From contig CAYJTB010000001.1 in the NCBI GenBank assembly GCA_964372875.1, forward strand, positions 27,860 through 91,859: a stretch of 64,000 nucleotides of DNA, in the 5' to 3' direction. Below, one piece after another: positions 18,301 through 27,300 of the stretch. Within the stretch, counting starts at the first letter, position 1. Each line of letters starts with the position of its first letter. A program made the translations under genes and the position numbers. Source of the DNA: an uncultured bacterium (GTDB lineage Bacteria; Omnitrophota; Omnitrophia; Omnitrophales; JACQLI01). The notes under the pieces were generated by a model that did no database searches, was not told where the DNA came from, and saw only the letters and a list, made by a program, of their open reading frames with translations.

Positions 18301-21300
18301 AGAATCATGATGGCTACAATTATAGAGAGAACAGCCTTGGCCTTCAATGAAGTTTTCCAAATGTTTTCGCTCACCACGAGGGCTGCTAATACAAGGCTCA
18401 CCGCCCTCATGATCCCATCAGCAAACAAATTCCGTCTTTTAGATGGAAAAAGGGTTTTCATCTCAATGCTTCAAGCGCCGCAACCTAACACAGGATTAAT
18501 TTTAAGTCAAATATTATTTTTAGAATATGAAATATCCCGCCGCTCGGAGGTGCGGGAATACATCTCGGATTGGACGGTCTCGACCTTGGAAACGAAACAG
18601 CCGGTTTTGGCGGCGGCATTTTCAACGGACGGGAAGATTTTGGCCGCGGGCGCAAGAAACAACGTTCATCTGACCAACGGAGACCTTCGGAAATGGTCCG
18701 TGGAATTTAGGGCCCACCGCAACGAGATTGCAAAACTTATTTCTTTTCAAAGAGGAAACAGGAATTTTTTCGCCACAGCCAGCAGAATCGGCTCGATCAG
18801 CCTATGGAATTCAAACGGCGGGCTGATCCGGCGGCTGGAGCAGCTTAATCCGGAGGATTTCCAACCTGTGTTAGGGTTATCCGTTTCTAAAAATGGAGAT
18901 TGGCTGGCAGCCACGGACATGGATGTAATGAAGATCTACGATCTTACGGGAATGAGTTCCCCTAAAACAATTCCCATCACGGATCAAAGTCGCAATCATT
19001 TCGTTCAATTTTCTCCCGATGGGACGAGCATCGCCTCCACTTATTACGGCGAAATCCGAATCGAGGATATCAAAACCGGAAAACTCCGCGCGAACCTTCA
19101 TCACGAAGCTTCTCTTAAGAAGTCCATGGATACGTCAGCCTTGGCCTTTTCCAAAGGCGATGATGTCGCCGCGGCCTCCACCGACGGAAAAATCAGGATC
19201 TGGAGATGGAAAGGGGAAAGGCAGCCTCAGGTTTTAGATTTTTTGTCACCAGCCCGCGAAGCAAGCCACCTCATCTTTTCACCTAATGGAAAACGTCTCG
19301 CCGCGTCTACGGCAGATCAGATCGAAATATGGAAACTTAATGGAAAAGTGTGGCGTCATGAAGAAACAATCTATCCGCATCTGGACGCCGTGACAGAAAT
19401 TTTATTTTCACCGGATGCAAAACGGTTTATGGCCGCAGGCATTTGGCACGGAAGCGGGAGAGTCCGAATTTGGTCGAAGGAAACGCCGGCAAGGGCCGAA
19501 GTGCGGACCGACGGCATCCCGACAACCTGGTTCCGGATTTTTAACAGGCTGGATAACCTTAACCGGGAAGTGTGGAAACAAAAAGATTTAGACATCATTG
19601 ACCTGACCAACCAATTGGAGAAAAAACTCATCAGCTTATTCGGTTCGCAGCTCCTTTATGGAATCTGGACTTGGAATACTTCAGTTCGGGAAGTACGGTT
19701 TGGCCTTAGGTCGGGGCCTTTAAGTTTTGAATTGACTGCCAACCCGCATCAGGAAATCCCGGAAAGAGAAATTAAAAGGGGATACACGGTAACAATGAAT
19801 GCGATGCTTACTTCCGCTGCGGAAAGTCAGCATGCAAAAAAATGGGGAGACAGCGAACCGGAAGAAAGGGGAGAGACTTTGCTTGAAATTCCTATTGCAG
19901 AGATCGACCGCTCCCAACCTGTTATCTATTTCGGCAGTTTCTATTTTGATACCGACAAGGAAAAGAAAGAAACGATCATCAAACAGGAAATCCTTTTCCT
20001 TCCCGGAGAGGAGAGAAATTATCAAATCTATATTTGGCATAACAACGCCCTTGAAAAAACTACCTTAGAAAAAGAAGGCGGCAGGACCTACGCGGTATGG
20101 AGAACGCCGGAAGCCGAACCTTCCCTTTCGTTTCAATATGTGGCACTGCATGATGCCCAAGGCAAAGACCTGGGCGAAATAAGCCGGCTCATTCTGAAAG
20201 CCGGAAACTCGGAAACTTACAGGAACAACCTTCAATTTCTTTACGGTCCTATTTGGAGAGACGAAACGTCGAGTTTTTCTCATGGTAGCAGAACTTCCGT
20301 AAAACCATCGGTTTTTGAAGACCTTATCTCTGCTGCGCCGGGCAAAAGGATCGCTGCGCTGCTGGGTCTAGCGATTGAATATCAATATGTCCCGGAAGGC
20401 CAAGTATTCAGCCGGATGCTGCTTACCGAATTGGAAAAATTGGAGGGCCTGCCGTACGGACGAATCGCAGCGCTTCGAGAAATTGCGGAAATGAGTCCCG
20501 AGGAAGCCCATGAAAGATTTAAAGATCCCTACGACCAGCCCAGCGCGATCCCGGCCGTCATGACCCTCGTGGCCAGCCTCGCCCCGCGTCTCCTTGAAAG
20601 AATGAAAAATTGGGATCAGGAATTTTATGAAGAGCTAAAAGGGGTCCTGCAAAAACCGGATCTCAAAACTTTATTCGAGGAAGGGGAGGTCAAATTTTAT
20701 GAGGCGGATCATCTCTGGGCCGCTTCAGATAACCGATCTTTTTTCCCTGGTGTTGTCGCCTTTTCAAGGAGTAAAGACCGGCAAATCATCGTCCCAATCT
20801 ATTTCGGCAACGAACCGAAAGATGAAGACGGCAAAGTCTGGTTTAAAATCTTGGACGCCACATCGCTTGGAATCGAGAATTCAAATGCCGCCACTTACCA
20901 AGTCTACGACCACATGCTCGGGGAATTTTATAAAACACTTCATTCAGGGGAAAAACTTTATCGAGAGGGTTGGAGCATCGGCATTCCGGTCGTCCCGGGA
21001 AAGCTGGACCGGGCCGGGTTTATCCAAAAGGGACGGCATGTTCAATTTTTGGAAATGCGAAGGACCCAATCTCTAACGACGGCGACCCGGATCGGCTTGC
21101 CGGAAAATCTTGTCAAGACACAAGGGATTCTTACGGATCTTTTGAGAGAAATGAGTAAACTCGAAATTTATTTTTTTATCAGTAAGACCGGTGCAACCGA
21201 TCGGCGCATGGTGCCTGTGGATAACGTTTATGAATTTTTTTCATCCTATGCGGGGAAAAAAGGCGAGCATTGGAATGAAATCGTAAGTGAGCCCCTTCAA

Positions 21301-24300
21301 TTGACCGTGAGCTCTCCGGGTTTTAAGCGCCAGACGCTTCGGCATGCGCTTCGGATGATGCAGGAAGCGCTTCAACTTACTTATTCTTTCCCCGGCACTT
21401 TGAAAGGAAATGACCCCCACCTTTCTTTTTATCACGATAAATTAATCGAAGAGACCCAACTTTTAAAAACATCGGATCAAACCGGAAAGTGGGCCCATGT
21501 CGAATTCGAAATCGCAAGCAGCCATTTTGAAATGCCGGATCATTGGGATCAGCCCGCCGAAAATTCGCTGCGTCAAAGAATTCAGGCGTTGCGCGAGGCA
21601 TTAGAAATTCCCTTTGTCCTTATGTTAAAAGCACCTTCCGGCGCCAAGGATCCTTATCACATCGAGCCGGTGGGAAACCTTCACCAGCGGCTTCCTTATT
21701 TTGTTCTCAAAGATGATTTCTTGAAAAATCCTCACGATCCGCGTTTTCCCTATTTTTCAAAAGGCGCTCAACTCAGTTTCGGACTTGAAGCACCCATGGA
21801 TTCGGCAAGATTGGAACAAGTTAGAAATATTCTGGTTGCAAGTCTTGAAGGCCGGATGTCGGCAGCTACCCTTAAGCGTGCCATTGAAGTGACGATGCAT
21901 CAGTGGCAAAGAGAAGACTCCTTCTTTTCCGAATCCCGCTCCGAGGCACGCCGTGTGCCTCGAACGCTTGCGGTGCACCCGGTGCGGTTGGCACCGGGTA
22001 CTCCGCTATACCCGGACCGGTCGGGTCCGGGTGTTGCGGTGCAGAGTCATTGGAACTCTGCCCGTTCAGAAGTTCGAACGGAGAAGTCAGAACGTCTAAC
22101 TCGTTCCAATGCAGGCGAATTACTCAAACCGCGCAGATACCTCAAGAATAAAATCTACGGAATTGGGCGCATTACCGCTGTGGAAGGAAAATTCGGGGGA
22201 AAAGATCCTCAAGGCTCCGTCGAGGTCGCTTTTTTAAATAAACACGGATTCGAAGAAACGAAAGAATTTTCCACCTGGTCACTTTTTCAATTGCCGGAGC
22301 AAAATCCCGAAGAAGCTTTCTTTTCCGTTACCAGGCAAGAAATCGAAGATTTCAAGAATCAAAAAAGACAAGGTCAAGCAGCTTATAAAGAAGAAATAGA
22401 TAAAAAACGCATAGCCCAACGGGAGGGCAGGCAATGGATGGAAGCACAAAGCCCCACATTTTCTCTCTACGATTCGCCTTTCAGCGCAAGAGCCGGAAGG
22501 CCCCTGGCCGCAGATTATAGAAAATTGATGCAAGGAATCCAAGACCGGGCACAGGGCGAGTATCACTTGGGCAGCGCCTCCATCGTGGAACGAAAAATTT
22601 TGTTTGAAATGCTGGGCACTCGCCTGATCCCTAAGACGAACCAATCGGAAACCACCCTTCGGATCAACTTAGGCCGGAGAAAAAAGGAATTCGCAGAGAA
22701 ATTGAAAACGATTTTAGATGAAACGGGCGGGCTAAGCGCCCGGGCCGTGAGCGAGGCGGAAGAGAAAATCATGTCTCCCAAAGATAAGTCCCGTGCGCTT
22801 TCAAGCGAATGGCTGAAATTCCGGGATCCTGTTACCGGTAAATTTGCGACCGAAAAAGATATCAAACGCTGGATCCAGAATGCCATTCCGATCGTTGAAA
22901 GAATCTTAGAATATGAAGTAAAACTTCTCAAATTAGAAAAACAAATTCAAATTCATCCGCGGCCTCTTGCGCGATCCGAAGTAAGGGCCGCTGAAAGTTC
23001 TCCCACAAAGAAGGTCGCATTTTTTAACCTCAGGACCGCGGACGATTCATCCATTGTTTTGCCGCAAAGGATGTCCTATCTTCCCGTCGAGCAGCGGTTG
23101 CCTGACTATAGCGCCTGGCGGATTCGAGTGGGAAGGGAATCGGGAAATTTGCACGCATTTTTGAGAGATGTCCTTGGCCCACGCTGGCATTGGAATGTCA
23201 AAGGAGAAACTAAGGCTTATTTTCTTTATAAAAGTCTCCCGAAGAAATTCAAACAATTTATTGGTAAACGCAAACCGCCGACAGGTTTTGATATGGAAGC
23301 GCTTGGACTTTTGGTGGTTAATCGAAGCGACATTTTTTACATTCCGATGGAAGAAACTGTGAATGAATCCGTGGTAACGGTGTTAGACAAAAATGACCGG
23401 GACGCGATCAATGAATTTATAAGCCATCATGCAATGATCCAAACGGTGCCGCAGAATATCCGGATCTTTCCTCCCGTTCGATATGAGAGCGTCAAGTTTG
23501 GATTGGGAGAGGATCCCGTGTCGAGTCCCAAGCCCGGCTCCATCGAAGTTGTTTATCACCCCAGGCTCATGGTCAATGATCTTGGCAAGGCAGATAAAGA
23601 AATTATTTTCGAAACCAGTTTCGACTTAACACAATTAAGGCCCCGGAAAAAGATTACGGCTGAACTTGAGGGAAGATTCTATCAAGAGTTAAAGTCCAGG
23701 CTGCGCAATACTTGGCAGATCCGCATAGGCAACCGGACCGTGGAAATGCCTCGGGCAAAAGATTTGCCGGCTAAAGTTCAAGACGTGGAAGAAATTTTGT
23801 TGCCGGGGAATAACCGTAAAACGGCGTCTTTACATTTCAATGATGCGGTTTCGTTCTATCTCGACGGAATTTTGATGCGCTCCAATGTGCCTGTACCCAA
23901 GGATATTCACGCCTGGATTTTTTGGAAAACACGGATTCGTTTTAACGATCAGGAAATCTCGGTTGAAACGACCGAAGGCAACAATGTATTAACTTATCGA
24001 ACAGATGAAACCGGTGAACATCTGCGGGTCAATGGCGAACCGACAGACAATAGTGTTTTGCAAAACATGATTCGTCAGATGGGCTCCGCTTTTTCAATCT
24101 TGGCCTTTCAGATGGCGCGCGATCCCGAACAAACGGATTATCTTCGCGAATCCGGCAAAGAAACGATTGATGATGAATTCGACCAATGGCTCGGCCGTTC
24201 TGAGGTGCGGGAAGAAGGACAGCCTGCACAAAATGGGAATGGCCACGCTATCCAGAAAAAGCAAAGAGGCCGCGGGTTCAGGACTAAAGAAGAAGCCTTG

Positions 24301-27300
24301 CAAGCCCTTGCCGAAAGACAGGCAAAAGGTCTTTCCAGTGATCCAAAATCCCTTCAAAGGCATTTAGCCGAAGGCGGCAACCCTACTTTGCTCACCTTCA
24401 TTTATCGATGGAATCAAAAGCACCCGGAAGAACCCATTGAAATGAAATTGTTGCCTACCCGAACCCACAAGTACGAATCCAAAGGAGAAATTATTGAAGC
24501 GCTGGAAAAAAGGCGGCTGGAAAAAGGAGAATCAGCCAATTATCGAATGCAATTACGCCTTCATATAGAAGAAGGCGGCGATCGTACATTGTATCAAGCG
24601 GTTCTGCGTTGGAATCATGATCATCCAGAGGATTTGATCAATCTTCCTTTGGATCCCCATGTGGCGCATGGTCAATTGGGAAAATACCAGACCAAACAAG
24701 ACGGCTTGAATACTTTGAGTGAAAGGAAAAAACAAGGTCTGGGAAATTCAACCAGCGATCTCAGGCAAACTAAATCGGATGGGGGGGATTGGCCTCTTCT
24801 TGTTTTTATTCGCCATTGGAATAAGAAGCATCCGAAGGATCGCATTGCGCTGGAGAATGCTGACCAAAACTTCAACCGCCTGAGTCCTGTTGCGGTCTGG
24901 CATTCCCAGACGCAGGATTTCAAGACGACCGATCAAAAAAGAACCGAATGGTGGCGGGCCTTGCAGGAAGAGGCGGATCACGAAGCTGGAAAAAGGCTGG
25001 TCGAGTCTTTTATTCCTTCAGTCAATGAGATTGCCCAAAGGTTAAGCGGGGGGAGAGATTCGCATTATGAAGCGGATTTAATCCAAAACGGAAATATGAT
25101 TGTCCTTGAGACGATCTATCCCGAGCGTAAAGAAGACCAGTGGAATCCGAGCCGCGGGGTTTCCATGACCGAATTTGTCGAGACCCGTTTAAAGAAAGAG
25201 ATGAGGCACCGGACATTGCAAGAGATACGTTCCAGCGGGAGATTTTCCATCGACGAGCCCTACCGTTTTTCCAAAGGCAGAGAAAAGGAATGGCAGGTTC
25301 CCAGTTATGACGCCCAACCGCAGGAAGTCCGAATTAACAACTTGGCTGATGAGAGGGACAAGCAATCGGGCCTTCCCGTGATTTTGTTTGAGGAAAAACA
25401 TCAAATCGCCCGCGAGATCGGAAAATGGTTAATCAAAAAAGGTTTTCTTAAACAGGTCAAGCAGGAAGGGATTCAGAACCTTGCCGTTTCAATGATCGGA
25501 AGCCTGGGAGTGCTCGGATCGGCAGTCAGAGATAAAAGCGATCTTAATTTGATGGTTGTTACCGACGCAAATGAGTCGCAGGCTGAAGCCCTCGCAGAAA
25601 AACTTGCGCAGTGGATCGGGGGCCGATATCACGAGCCGCAGGATTCGGAGCCTATCCGCATCTCCGTAGGAAAAGAAGGTGATTATGAGCAAGCCATAGC
25701 AGACGGAAACGGCTTCATTAGCTTACTTCAAAAACACAAGGTGGGCACAGACCCCATCAAAGGAATTGCAAGCGTTGAAGTGATTGGAATTCCCGACGAA
25801 GACAACTCGTTTTCCGAAGACTCTCTTACCCGGCAAAAAACGCGGGCGGCTTTTCACCTGGCCTTCCAAGATCCCCGGTTAGCCGAGCAGGCAATCAATG
25901 GGATCCTTGTCCTTGAAAATGCCAAGGGGGCCGCAGAGCGTCTTGCCCAAAAATTGCCGAGCGATCAGGAAAACCTTTTCGGTTATTATGAAAAATTTCT
26001 TGCCAAACAAGCCGCCAATCTTCGCAAGTTGCAGGAATCTTCCATTGACTCAAAAGCAAGGGCCGAGGTGCACCCGAATCCGACCGATTCGGGTACTCCT
26101 CAGTCCTCGCCCGATCAGGCGAGGGCCGAGGTGCGTTCTTCTTTGCCGGAGCAACGGGCGGAAAAGAAGTTAGAAACAAGAAAGTTGGAAATTGGAGCAG
26201 GAATCAGCGGGCTTAGCGGCCGCGTTGAAACATCTAATGGGCGTGTTTTTTCCGGAAGTGATCGATTGCCAATAAAGTCAACGAGATCGCCGCAAAAATC
26301 AGAATGGCAAGGACAGCCGTCATTTAGTCTTCCTCCTTTGAGGAGCTTGCCGCAAAAATCAAGCCCAAATAAAAGCATATCACGAGTCCTCCTAGAACGA
26401 CAAGCCGCCATTTCAGGGAGAGTTTTAGGAAAAGCTCTCCTCCCAGAACTCCTGCTAATAGGACCAAAATCACATGCTGAAACAACTTTGCCAGCCAGTC
26501 CCTCCGGGCCGTTGTCAGGAATATACTTTTCACAAAATAAAATATATAGCAATATCAATTCAGAGTTAAGCGATTTTTCCCGCTCCGATGGTTCGACAAG
26601 CTCACCATCGGTCCTGAGCAAGGCCGAAGGCCGCGTCGAACGCGCCGAGGTGCACCCGAATCCGACCGATTCGGGTACTCCTCCGCACTCACGCCCAACC
26701 GGCGTGAGTACTGAGGTGTCCCTGGCGGCGCCGCCAGGGGCTCCTCCGTCCTCGCCTGAACGGGCGAGGGCCGAGGTGCGGGCAAGCGTTGAAGAAATAA
26801 TCAGGAAGCAGATGCTTTCTGGAGATCTGAAGGCCTTTGAAAAGAATTTCGAATCTTACGACCGTGAAAAGGCCTTTGAACTTTTAAATAGCATTTCGAA
26901 AATTGCCAAGGAAATTTCAGAAAGGATCCGCAAAGGAGAAGAAGAACTGATGGTAGCTGCAAACAATGGCCAAAAAATGCAAGAAATCATTGACGCGGCT
27001 AAAATCTTGGAAAATTTCCCAAATGATAAACAAATACATGGTGTCCACCTATCAGCTATTATAAATTTACAGGAAATCTTCAATCTTACACCAAAAGCAT
27101 TGCCAAGATATCGCAATCTCTTAGAAGCTATTGTTAAACACGCGTCAAAAAAAGAACAACCTCACCAGGCAGCAGCTGAAATTATCGAGAGCTTTGAAGG
27201 AGAACAGCACGCTGATTCCCAACAAGATCAATTTCAAAGGAACGAAGCACTGGAATTTTTAACCCTAGATCTGGATGAAAAAGTTTTTAAAGAAACAGTA

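Larger units (their letters stand above)
26122..26781 (-). mobile_element. antisense cassette 3: junction, 3'-flank repeat, small membrane protein, hairpin array
   Basis: Bounded by identical 15-mers GAGGGCCGAGGTGCG at 26121 and 26766 (645 nt apart); 3' flank GAAAAGAAGTTAGAAACAAG is related to cassettes 1 and 2. Confidence 0.45.

Noticed and set aside
18541-18556. Junction motif as an internal Shine-Dalgarno (GGAGGTG), implying separately initiated module genes
   Set aside because: The SD-like sequence is present only in some copies; others read GAAGTT, GAAGTA or GAAATA. No ATG/GTG/TTG lies at a suitable distance downstream, and the next Met in several modules is far away.
24274-24857. Diversity-generating retroelement (template/variable repeats) as an explanation of the three tandem repeats
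   Set aside because: The repeats are divergent at the DNA level at all base types, not adenine-specific. No reverse transcriptase is in the window.
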